This document shows positions 25,260 to 36,729 of a DNA stretch of 64,000 nucleotides, piece after piece. The notes beneath the pieces are model-generated. The model saw nothing but the letters and a program-made list of their open reading frames with translations, ran no database searches and was not told the origin of the DNA. Origin of the DNA: Squalus acanthias (lineage: Eukaryota); assembly GCA_030390025.1 (NCBI GenBank), contig JASTWF010000033.1, positions 3,164,001-3,228,000 of the forward strand, given 5' to 3'. The position numbers and the translations under genes were made by a program. Each line of letters opens with the position of its first letter. Position 1 is the stretch's first letter.

Positions 25260-25277
25260 ATCCTGCCGACTACGCCA
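25260..25277 (-). promoter_or_regulatory. Primer binding site complementary to the tRNA-Ser 3' end
   Basis: TGGCGTAGTCGGCAGGAT, 2 nt from the LTR end; complement of ..ATCCTGCCGACTACG-CCA of tRNA-Ser(AGA/TGA type). Confidence 0.9.
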
Positions 25278-25279
25278 AT

Positions 25280-25758
25280 TGTTGGTGAAAAATTAATTCA
25301 CTCGAGTCTGTCTCAAAGCAGAAGATCACAGTTTATTTAACAGAGGCACTGGAAGAAGAGCCATAGACCCCGCGGTCTAGTGAATTCACTTCTCGACCTT
25401 ACAGTGATATCGGAACTTCTTTTATACATTATAGGGTCGGCAACGCAATACATTGCATACAAATGTCTTCACCCAATCACGTTCCCCCAGCAAAAGACTT
25501 CTAATTATAAACTGCACTTTAAGCTAAAAAATGTTACTTCCCTATCGAAACTATAAACATCGAAATGTCATGTCAGCTTTGTCTAGTCAGACTAGATCGT
25601 CATGCGGTGGTTGGTTCTCAAGTGAAACCGTTGTACCTTGCACAAACGCTTGTTGACCACAGACATTACTCATCGCACTGTGTCAGCGAAAACATTCTGT
25701 ATTTACGAATTTACTTTTTATATTACATTCTTTAAGCCCTATAATGTTTACTCCAACA
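25280..25758 (-). repeat. 5' LTR
   Basis: Homologous to 20140-20676; minus strand TGTTGG...CCAACA. Confidence 0.9.
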
Positions 25759-26920
25759 GTGTCCTCTTCCTTGAAGACAGAACCAACGTCTTTGTTTAAT
25801 TGCTCAGCCATTTCCTTGTTCCGCATTATAAATTCTCCCGTTTCTGACTGTAAGGGCCCTACATTTGTCTTCACTAATCTTTTTATTTTAAGATGCTTGT
25901 AGAAGCTTTTGCAGTCCACTCTTATATTGCTTCTTAATCAATCTCTTGGTTCTTTTTTCTGAACTCTAAACTGCTCCCAGTCCTCAGGCTTGCTATGTTT
26001 TCTGTCAACTTGATATGATTCCTCCTTGGATCTAATACTATCCTTAATTTTTTTGTTAGCCATGTTTATAGTGCTTTTCCTTTTGCGTTTTTGCGCCAGA
26101 AAGAAATGTATACCAGCTGCAATTCATGCATTCGTTCCTTAAATGTTAGCCATTGCCTATCCACCATCATGAATTTTAATGAAGCTCCACAATCTATCAT
26201 AGCCAACTCACTCCTCATACCTTCGTAGTTTCCTTTGTTTAGTTTAAGAATCCTAGTTGCGGATTGGAATTCTTCACTTTCCATCTTAATGAAGAATTCT
26301 ATCATGCTATGGTCACTCTTCCCTAAAGGAATCTGCACAACAAGATTATAAATTAATCGCTTCGCCTTGCATAATACCCAATCTAGGATAGCCTGTTCCC
26401 TTGTTGGCTCCTCAACGTACTGGTCTAAAAAACCAACTCGTACACACTCCAGGATTTCATCCTCCACAGTATTATTGCTAATTTGGTTTGGCCAGTCTAT
26501 ATGTAGATTAAACTCACCCATGATTACTGTAATACCCTTGTTACATGCATCTCTAATTTCCTGTTTGATGCCGTCCCCTACATTACCACTGCTGTTTTGA
26601 GGCCTATAGACAACTCCCACCGATGTTTTCTGCCCTTCGTGCTTCTTAGCTCCACCTCGACAAGTTCTACATCTTGATTTTCTGGGCCAATATCCTTTCT
26701 CACTATTGCTCTGAATTCATCCTTTACTAACAACGCTACCCCCCACCTTTTCCTTTTTGCCTATCCTCCCTACATATAGAATATCCTTGGATATTCAGCT
26801 CCCAGCCTTGGTCACCCTGCAGCCATGTCTCCAGAATCTCAATTAAATCATATCCGTTTATATCGATTTGCGCTGTTAATTCGTTTACCTTATTAGGAAT
26901 GTTTCATGCATTCAGTTACA
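25759..26920 (-). mobile_element. CR1 ORF2 APE-endonuclease fragment, cut at the LTR
   Basis: GVVYRP, MGEFNL, LGKSDH; similar to the CR1 at ~720-2120. Confidence 0.9.
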
Positions 26921-27325
26921 GTCAAAGAGCAGCGGAGAATCTGAAGCTGGAAATGTAAGTTAGAACAGTGAATTCAATACCAAATCAGGCACAGAAAGCG
27001 AAATAAAGAGAGGAAAAGAAAGATTAGATCAAGAGAGAGAAAATAAACAGAATAAAGTAAAATTATTTTTATTATTTAAAAATCTAAAACAAATGAATTC
27101 TGAATGAATGAGTCTCCACACGTATAAAAGTTAATTTTCGGTGTCAGAGAAGTTATTTGGCTGTAATTAAGACTCACTAAGACCGTTGAAAATGGGACTT
27201 AGACTGAAATGGACGGGGTTGCTGCGGTGTGTGAAATATTGTTAAGATCTATGGTTAATAATCGAGGCGATGCTATGGAATCCTTTAAAGTTCGGTGGCA
27301 ATTGAAACAGCCCCAAAACGCACTG

Positions 27326-27406
27326 TTCCCTGACAGGGAAGCGAACCCGGGCCGGAGCGGGGGGGCGGAGAAGAGTGCCGAATCCTAACCACTAGACCAC
27401 CAGGGA
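27326..27406 (-). pseudogene. tRNA-Glu-derived pseudogene with expanded anticodon/variable region
   Basis: TCCCTGGTGGTCTAGTGGTTAGGATTCGGC..GGCCCGGGTTCG.TTCCC.GTCAGGGAA, 81 nt, with TTTT downstream. Confidence 0.85.
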
Positions 27407-27983
27407 AGCTACAGCAAGCGCCCTGCCAGAAAGCACAGCAACACAGTTGTTCCTGCGTGCTCCTTTGAAATTCAGATACTTTCGCGCCAGGCAAACTGTT
27501 CGTACAAAATGACATTTTTTAGTTGAGAACACAAAAGACGTGTTCGCGAAACCACGGCACCAAGTGCGGGCAGGCATCCACTTGAAATCGATTTCCTTCT
27601 GTGCTTTTCTCTGGATGTTGTCTCTCTCGGGGCAGGGCGAACATTTCATTTATGCTTTTACTCCTGATCTGAAGCTATTTGCCCATTTCGCGGGGTGGGA
27701 GCCGCTCTGTCTGTCTCTTCCTGCTTCTGACCATTAACGGGAACAGGCCGCCAGTTCAAAGTTCATCAGCAAACCCAGAAACACAAATAAACAGAAAGAT
27801 GAGTCTCTCCGCCTCGGTGGCAAAGGTGGCCGTCATCTTACAGAATGCAAGGAAGTTTATTTTGGATTGCTGCACCGAATGATGCGCTGCTGACTGTTGC
27901 GGCAGTAGCAGCGGTGCAGCAAGTTGAAAGCTTGATCAGGGTGCTTTGATTGGTGGCAGTTCAAACAGTCACAAAACGCAATG

Positions 27984-28011
27984 TTTCCTTACCGAGAATC
28001 GAATCCGGGCC
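27984..28011 (-). pseudogene. 3' half of a second tRNA-Glu copy
   Basis: GGCCCGGATTCGATTCTCGGTAAGGAAA followed by the same 3' flank (ca.tgcgttttg..ctgttt.aa.tgccacc) as the 27326 copy. Confidence 0.65.
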
Positions 28012-28762
28012 GTAGCTTTTCCTCAGAGACAGAAAGAAACACAGAGACACACAGATAGAGAGAAGCCGTCGGGAAATTGATTACTGATCACTATACTATC
28101 AAGACCTGGTAGAGGAAGTAGTTATGCAGTGCTTGAGGCAAAGATTCAAACACACACACAGACATGTGAGTGTGCTCTCTTTGTGTATGTATGTCTCAGA
28201 TATCAGCCTTGCAAATTTTTCCTATTCAATAGTTTATCCAATTCCCTTTTGAAAGTTCCTATTGAATCTGCTTCCACCGCCCTTTCAGGCAGCGCAATCC
28301 GGAACACACTCCCTGAGTCACTGGGCTTATCCACTTGTTTGCTGCCGCTGTTTTTTCTCAGTGCAATATTTAGTTTTGAGCTTCTGGCAATAATTGGCCA
28401 CTAATCGATCAAAGGGGAAAGTGACTGAGAAATAAACTGTGTCTGTGGCTGCATGAAACAGACATACTTTTTCCACTTATATGTCAATTTATTTATCAGC
28501 ATCAAATCAGGAATTGAGCAGCTAAAATGATATTACAGTTCAATACAGAGCAGATTGGATAAAATAATATACCTCAGGACGGGGATGGAGCCTCGGCCCT
28601 TCCCACAGAAGATCTAAATTATATGATTGATTATTGATGTTGGCCGATTTATTTCTACACCTTGGAATTCTGGAGAACCTACTTCATTAGTTGTAGAACA
28701 AGCTGAGCCGACAGCTCCCTCCCTGTAACAACAGATAAGGGTCAGCCAGCAATAGATCTGGC

Positions 28763-29270
28763 TGAAATAACAACAGAAAACGCTGGAAAAACTCAGCAGG
28801 CCAGGCAGCATCCGTGGAGAGAGAAAGAGAGTTAACGTTTCAGGTCGATGACCTTTCGTCAGAACTGTGAAGAGCCGGAAATCAAATAGATTTAAGGCCA
28901 GAGTAAAGCTGGGAAAAGGGGAGGGGATAAAAGAACAAAGGGGGAGATGAAGAGACATTAAGAGACATTAAGAGATATGCAAGGCTAGAGGTGGTGTTAA
29001 TGTGACAGATTAAGGCTGAAAGAAGTGTGAAATCCACTGGCAGAATGAAGGACAGCTGCCAGCTTCTAGGAGGAAAAAAAAAGGTGGGGGGGGGGCAAAT
29101 AAAAGGGTGGAAAAAATAAAATATGAATGTGATTGGAGCTGAGGTTATGATCTAAAATTGTTGAACTCGATATTGAGTCCAGAGGGCTGTAGCATGCCTA
29201 AACGAAAGATGAGGTGCTGTTCCTCGAGCTTACGCTGCGCTTCCGTGGAACAGTGTAATAGGCCGAGGAT
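28763..29270 (-). mobile_element. Penelope-like element family B, 3' fragment (GIY-YIG C-terminus and pLTR)
   Basis: Minus-strand translation RKLEEQHLIFRLGMLQPSGLNIEFNNFRS* at ~29146-29235; a hammerhead motif lies downstream. Confidence 0.85.
28830..28866 (-). ncRNA. Minimal type I hammerhead ribozyme motif (Penelope family B)
   Basis: AGTT-CTGACGA-A-AGGTC atc GACCT-GAAA-CG-TT-AACT: perfect 4-bp stem I, 5-bp stem II, palindrome AACGTT. Confidence 0.8.
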
Positions 29271-29349
29271 AATGTAATAGTTCTGGCTGGTTTACCCGGT
29301 ACACTCTGAGACTCTTAACTTACAGGGAGGTTAGGTCGAGCCCCACATT

Positions 29350-31803
29350 GGGGTGATTGCCTGGTATCCTGGCAGCAGTCATGATGCCTTCATCCTGCAC
29401 CAGTCTAGTTTACCAGCAATCTTCCAGCCACCATGTCAAACCAAAGGGTGGCTGCTCGGAGACAAGGGCTTTCCGCTATGCACCTGGCTGATGACACCTC
29501 ACCAATACCCCAACCACTCGGGACCAGCACTCATATAATGAGAGCCATGCTGCCACGAGGTACCTCATCGCGCAGACTATCGGGGTGTTAAAGCAACGGT
29601 CCCTCAGCCTTGACCGCTCATGAGGAGCTCTATAGTAAACACTGGAGTCCCATTTAGTGGTGATCTGCTGCATGCGCCACAACTTGGCCATCTTGAGGGC
29701 GAAGTGATTGCCACCACGGGTTCTGGGACCACCTCAGGAGGAGGAGGAAGTGGAGGAAGAGGAGGAGGAGGAAGAGCAGGAGGCGGAATAGGTAGAAATG
29801 GAAGAGCAGGAGAACGAAGAAGAGGAGAAGGGAGAAGGGAGAAGGGAGGAGGCAGGCAGTAGATCCTTGTTCTGGACAGGCTGTCCGTGACCGCCTCATC
29901 AGATTCCAGTTCCAGTGAATGAAACTCCACATGCCTGTTGCTCACCAGTTCCCCATCTTACCATTCCTCTGTCACAGAACATCACAACGTCTTCCTGGTC
30001 ACAAAGCTGAAATGAGAGCCACCACAAAACAAACATTCCAAAGATAATTTATAAGTTTAGCAAATCACAATCAGAATAACAAAGTCAACTCTAATCACGC
30101 TTGTGCTTTCCCTCAGTGTCTGTCTTTCTTTCGTGTTGCTTCTCCTACTCTCGTGCTCCTACGAAGTGCTCCCCCAGTGGCTACAGAATGGCTGATGGAA
30201 GGCTGCTGACTTTCAATGGGGAGACTGCAGATGGCCTTGCAGGAAGACCTCGAGCAGCTCTGGGCCTAGAATGCACTGCTGTAGACTGCACCACCTCGGC
30301 ATGGACGGCAGCAGCCTGAGTTGGCTGGATGACAGGCAGCAGCAAGGGCACTGCCAGAGTTGCAGTGGTGGGAGTATGAATGCTGTCATCCTGAGAGAGG
30401 ACTGCAGGTTCTTGCACTGTGGAGGCACTACCACTTCCCTGGGCGGCGACTCAGCAATTCTAGCCTTCTATTTTGTGAAAGATTGCCGGAGTGCTGTGAG
30501 ACCCCGCACTTCATACTCGTAAATCCAGCCACGATGGCAGCAATGTGAGCTTCCACTGCAGTACTGAGACGTTGGGTCGCTTCCGCCTGTGCTGCAATGG
30601 AAGCTGTGACATCACCCATCACACACAGCATCATGGCTGGGTCTACTAGGTCTCTCATGGAGTTGGCCATCATTTCCATCATGGAAATCACGGGCTCCAA
30701 GCTCCGTGCAAATTCCTGTGCAATGTTGGAGCTGGACATCTGCATGCTCCTTGGCACTGACAAGAGGCCCTCTGGCAGGCTTGCCATTGCACCTAGCATT
30801 TCAGTGTCCATACCCATCACCCTTCTTCTGATGGCCGTCCCATTGAGGTACTGATCTGATTCCTGTGCATCAGAACTCGTGCATGAACTCACCCACTGGG
30901 GAGCTGACACCCATCTATCTTTTCCCCTGACCTGGCTGCAGCACACTGGTGTCCAGTAACTCACCTCCTGCAGACCCTGCCTCTATACTACACTCTGAAA
31001 TCCTCGCAGTGCCATTTTCTGAGCTGGTGCCTGTGAATATCAGATGCATTGACGGTGCTCCTGCACTGCTCTCCTCCAAAGTTTCGGGGACAGGTTGGCG
31101 TAGTTGGAATTCGTGCGTATCTGAAAGGAGAAAGGCACAAGGGTCGAGATGTGGTGAGGGATGGGGGACAGCAAGATATCCATGCCTACACCATCAGTGT
31201 GTTGCATTGAGCAATGTGTGAGGCTTGTGGTACAGATGGTGCGATATGGTATTTGATGATGCATTCACCCACCTTGACCACTCGTCTGAGGTCATTAAAC
31301 TTTTTGCGGGACTGCATCCAGGTCTTGGGGCTAACACTTGTCGCACTGACGGCTTCAGCGATCACCTCCCGCAGCCTTCTGTTGTCCTTCCCTGAAAGCC
31401 TCTTGCCACTCTTAGATAGACGGCCTGACAGCGTCTTTGAAACTCGAGGACCAAGGCCTCCATTGCTGCATCTGAAAATCACCTCGTCCTTTCTCTTAGC
31501 TGTTGGAACATGGTTTTCTCCACAATGACAATGAGGTGCTTCTGCAACAAGGCACTTCCCCTTGAATAGAGCAGCGAACCTAGGCCAACATTTATTGGCC
31601 AGTAGACTGCACACGATATTGTCCCCCCTGCTCAGCACTAAGTCAATTAGCAGCGGATTTGGCGCTGAGATCAGCATTGCAATCATTACAATAAGCAGGC
31701 AGCACGAATTGTGTGTGCTGCCTGCAACACTTAGAAAGGACTGGGGCAGATCGAGCTTTGCGCTGCCTGCGCCTGTTTTCAGGACTTGTACAATTTCTAG
31801 AGC
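29350..31803. mobile_element. PIF/Harbinger DNA transposon relic: transposase 3' part (+) converging on a Myb/SANT-like gene (-)
   Basis: YPGSSHDAFIL..WLLGDKGFPL..WLMTP and YNESH.ATR..I.QTIGVLKQR, with an acidic GAG-rich tail. Opposite strand ~31270-31560 gives IAEAVSATSVSPKTWMQSRKKFNDLRR. Confidence 0.87.
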
Positions 31804-31804
31804 T

Positions 31805-32055
31805 ATATTACAGATCAGAACAAATTGCCGCATTACAACAATGCTCCTGATATTCCTCCTGAATTTTTTCTTGCAAATTATCCTAAATCTGTGTCCTTTG
31901 GTTACCGACCCTCCTGCCAGTGGAAACAGTTTCTCCCTATATACTCTATCAAACACTTCTTGATTTTGATCGCCACATTCAAATCTCCATTTAACCCTCT
32001 CTGCTCTAAGAAGAACAATCCCAGATTCTCTAGTCTCTCCACACAACTGAAGTCT
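31805..32055 (-). mobile_element. Old CR1 3' fragment
   Basis: FDRVYREKLFPLAGGSVTKGHRF. Confidence 0.75.
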
Positions 32056-32862
32056 CCGGTAACAATTTAGGGATTAGCTCTTTGTCTGATTGGGATCCCT
32101 GGAAATGTGATTTATTTGTACTCTGCAACTGGAAGTGAGAAAATAAGTGTAAGGACTCCTGATAGTGAGTTCTTTGCAGGGGTTCTGTGGGACAGTTAGT
32201 ATTTGCGAATGGGTTCCAAGGAATTCTGCCATAACTCCAGTAAGTTCCGTGCAATTGTAAATGTTTATTCGGGTACCAATGATTACATCACCATCTACAG
32301 GGTTGGGGCTCTTGGGATCTTGTTATACCGGTTCCTGGAGGTGTATCAATATTAGTGGGGAGTCCTCAGGAATGTTTCAATGTTTAGAGCAGGTACATGG
32401 CCATATCTGGCTATGTGCAACGTCAATGGTTGTGTATTTCTGGGAAAGATTCACGGGTCATGTGCACACATTCTTTGCGGTCGCCAGGAGTGTGTCTGCA
32501 TTTTAAGGACAATGGAAATAGGACAATGTTTGCCATGGATCTTCAGAAATGAGCAAAGGATATTCCCGGGGGCTCAACCAGATGGTTTGCTTTCACTGAC
32601 TGAGGTTAAAGTCCACACTGAGAATTTGATAGAAATTCTCTGAAATTACAGAACCTCATTATCACAGAGATAATCAGAAACCTGTAACTAAACCTGTTCT
32701 CGCTTCACCCAATGCGGTCATACTGACGATTCCACATATTCTGATTAACCCTGAGCTTTGGGGAGATTCACTTTATTTCTGTGCAATATCGGGCTAAATA
32801 TAGTTTATGATATTGCAACACGTTGTGTAAAAGAGATTAACTGAATCTGTTTGTTCAGTCAC

Positions 32863-32870
32863 TATAAATA
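32863..32870 (+). promoter_or_regulatory. Candidate TATA box of the GPCR gene
   Basis: TATAAATA ~180 bp upstream of ATG 33045; motif match only. Confidence 0.4.
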
Positions 32871-33044
32871 ATGTCAGTCTCCTTGCGCCCTAATTATGTC
32901 AGTGGATATTTCTCCCGCCTTACATAAGGGCCTTCCCTCAGTGTGTTAACCCAGAGTGTCTCTCGGAGCTTGGTCTGCAGAACAACCCGGGATCAGCGTT
33001 CAGCAGAAGTTGGAAATACGGATCGGAGTCCTCCATGAGAAAAT

Positions 33045-33114
33045 ATGGCAATGTTTGCAATTTATAGTGTACAGAAGATTTATTATCCCACCCTCGCTGC
33101 TTTTGGTGTCCCTG
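33045..33114 (+). CDS. Exon 1 of GPR139/GPR142-like class A GPCR
   Basis: aatATGG; MAMFAIYSVQKIYYPTLAAFGVP + 1 nt, then donor GTAAGT; YYP..A..GVP is the TM1 start of this family. Confidence 0.87.
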
Positions 33115-34022
33115 GTAAGTCTCTATCTCCAGGTATTAATCCTGTAACCTTTTTAATTGTATTCTTGCCTGTAACTGTCAAATCCCAGTTGCTGTCGGTG
33201 TTCCTTGCAAGTGAGCATATCCCTATTTCATACTGGAAACGATATTTAACTGTAAACACTGTGTTCATTGTGCAAATCTGCATATCCAAAAATTCATTGT
33301 ATTCAGTTTATTACACTTGCTTTGTGTCTGAAAGTAACTTGTTCCCCGACAGTGTCACTGGGTGATTTATTGAATGAATATCTTACAATCTGCAGTCCGG
33401 TCTGAGCCTGGGAGTAGATTTTACGCTTCACCCTCTGGGCGTTAAACAGCGACTGAGGAGGCCGGTGGAACAAGAAGTGGGCGAGAAGGATTTACAACAC
33501 CAGCCACAGTCGTTCCATTGTTTTTCAAGGAAGGTGAATCTGGCGGGTTCTATTATTGGTGAAGGGTCTGTTCCCCGCCCCGATTATCTGTGTGTGCTCC
33601 GGACAGGCGGTGATTGATTGTTAAACAGTAAAGATCGAATCAAATCCAATCAGGAATATGTTCATGGCTTCAAGGATATTTTTTATATCTGTTGGTAAAA
33701 ATTAATGATACAGAGTTGCAATTGGCGATAAATCATTCCAACTGATTTTAATTACAATTGATTGTAAATGGAGTAAGGTGCATTGTAGATTCCTTTATCA
33801 TTTTATCGTTTTGTATTCCCTCTATCAATTTGAAACCTATTCAGTTCTCACAGTCATGTGGACAGCGCCAGATTAGTATTGTTTCACTTCCATTCAGATT
33901 CTTTCTCGAACACAAGGTGGCAGATCGAATCGTTGGTTACATCATCAGCCCCTTTCTTGTGGCTGCCCATCCGAATAGCTTTGAAAAACGAATGAAAATT
34001 CTCCCATTACAGATTCATTAGG

Positions 34023-34285
<263 letters not shown>

Positions 34286-35363
34286 TAGTACATTTTGTAT
34301 TGGTAATAGTGTAAGATCGGTTATGTAACACTGGCCTCCCATTATACACCTCTCACGAATTTCCTTTAGCTTGATTTTACAGGATACTGAAACCGAGTGG
34401 GGTTTTAGAAACATTGGCACATTCGATATTGTCTGGTTTACTTCTTTGCTGAAAGTTAAAAGTTGCGCCAGTAATCAATGACTGAAATCGGGCAGTGTGT
34501 ACAATACTCAGCCAATCCGCTACTGATCATTTTTATCCGGGAGCAAAAGAGAATATTCCGTTATTATTGCCAATACTGATTTTTTAAGTTTATCTCTCTT
34601 CCTCTCCAGAAGGTATTGTGTCCTTGATGAGTTTTCACAAGACAGCTATCTCATGTTCCACACATGATTACAGATGATTCTCCTTTGGTCCATTTTTCCA
34701 CTGCCGTTTCACACCCCAGATGTTTCCTGCCCAGAAGGAGACGATTCCGCCTTCTCTCAGTCTCGGCTGTTTGCTGCAGTATTTCAAAAGCGACTCCCCA
34801 GACCCACTCTCTCCTCATGACCCGGTGTCTTCCTCTGCTCCTTGTACTGCTCTCCTCTTTAGTTAGAAGTATATCCTCTAAGAGTGATTTACGCTGTCTC
34901 GAGTTCCGACCCATCTCACGGCTGATGTTAATTTTGAAATATCTCATTGATGATTTTAATTCACTCTTGTTCTCTGCCTCTGTATTTAATTTCAGCTATC
35001 ATTTGAAGCTAACCCGCCCGGCGGGAACCAGGCGAGTTCGGGCCGGACACCCGTATTACAGCCCTCCCAATTTCGCTCTGCATTGACTTCAAAGTTGCGG
35101 ACCATTGGACCTTGAGTAAAACAGGTGTCCGACTTGAACACACTCCATTCCCGCTGGTCGGGTTAGTTTAAACTCCGGGTTTATACAGGCCCTTGCTAGG
35201 TTTCGGTACCAGGGACCACTCTGAAATTACCGTTCATTTTGTTTGAGGCGAGACAGCAGGTGTAAAATGTCATTCTGCCATGGCACATAACGTGACTGAA
35301 CAATCCTTTTACTCGTCAAACATTCAAACAGACACTTTCCAGCAGAAGTCATTACACAGTGTA

Positions 35364-36360
35364 CAGGAGCAGGGCCAAGGCGTATACCCCACCATATCAC
35401 AGGATCACTGATCAGGAGCAGGGCCAAGGCGTATACCCCACCATATCCCAGGGTCACTGATCAGGAGCAGGACCAAGGCGTATACCCCACCATATCCCAG
35501 GGTCACTGATCAGGAGCAGGACTCATGTGAACAATGGTCAACAGAAGAGGTGAGAGATAACATAAAGCTAATGGAAAGAACATACAAAAGTGAAAATAAT
35601 AGTGTAGATCGAGAGAGCTGCCGGAGATAGAAAGAACAGCAAAGGAAGACAACACAGATATTAAGAGCTGAAAAGATGGAATACGAAAATAAAATTGCGA
35701 TGGATTTCAAGAGCAACACAAAAGGTTTTTACAATTATATAATAGAAAAAGTAGTCGGGGTAACGTAAGCAAGAAAACAGTATCAGCAAATATAATGGCA
35801 CTGAAGACTGATAATCCCGAGAACCAGCTGGTTTCCACCCCAGGGTTATAATGAAAGTAGTGAGGAAATTGCAGATGGTTTAGCCGTAATCTTCCGAAGC
35901 TCTCTCGAGTCATGAATTGTCCCATTAGGTTGCAAAATTACAAATGCAATTGTTATTTAGGAAAGGTGAGAGAGAGATACCAGGAAATTAAAGACCAGAT
36001 AGTCTAACTTCTGTTTTGGGAAGTGATTCAGCTAAACTGAGCATTTGTTGGGTATTAAGTTATACAGACACGAGGCAGATGAATGGAGTTTGGATACAGA
36101 TAGCCCAGATCTCATTAAATGGCGGAACAGGCTCGATGGGCTGAATGGCACACTCCTGCTCCTAATTTCATATGTGACATCCCAACAGTACCCAGGGTCT
36201 CTGATCCGCATCAGGAGTCATTTGATTACATACTCAGCATTTCCCAGGGTCAGTGATCAGGAGCAGGGCCAAGGGGGTTACACCCTCAGCACATCCCAGA
36301 GTCACTGCTTAGGAGCTGGAACCAGGGGGATCAACCCCACCATATCACAGGGTCATTGAT
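35364..36360. repeat. 49-bp minisatellite in the GPCR intron, split by an old CR1 fragment (~35525-36175)
   Basis: caggagcagggccaaggcgtataccccaccatatcccagggtcactgat at 35364, 35413, 35462, 35511; degenerate units resume at ~36180-36360. Confidence 0.8.
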
Positions 36361-36729
36361 TCCAATTTTAACTGACTAGGCCCAGATTCGACCGTGGGAC
36401 CTTCTGTCAGCACCATCAGGTTTTGTTGGCACCAGTCAGTGTGTTTACTCTTTGTTCATCAGGGGAAACCACATTCTGTTGTTGGACATTTCTGAATAAA
36501 TATAACCGTGGTATTTTCATGTTTATTTATCCAATTTGATCAGTACTTGAATTCACAAATCATTGCTGACAGTTGACTTGAAGTCTTAGCTCTAACATGA
36601 AGTTCTGTGACATCGGATTCCATCACGGGATTTTGTGAGCTTTCAGTAAATTACATCCATTGATCCACGACACTGATATTTCTGCTCCCATCCTGATGTG
36701 TAATTTCTCTTTCCCCCCCTTCCTTACAG

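Larger units (their letters stand above)
20140..25758 (-). mobile_element. Defective endogenous retrovirus, class I (gamma/epsilon-type): LTR-PBS-gag-[PR/RT deleted]-RNaseH/IN-env-PPT-LTR
   Basis: Two TG..CA-bounded LTRs, PBS, purine tract, and gag, integrase and gamma-type env motifs. Confidence 0.93.

Noticed and set aside
31186..32046. 286-aa ORF as a novel CR1-Myb fusion gene
   Set aside because: Chance read-through across a CR1 scrap, the transposon end and a frameshifted Myb exon; no ATG or promoter support.
36660..36729. Single-exon start of the GPCR as in the ORF track
   Set aside because: Non-ATG start in an intronic polypyrimidine tract; the true TM1 start is in exon 1 at 33045.
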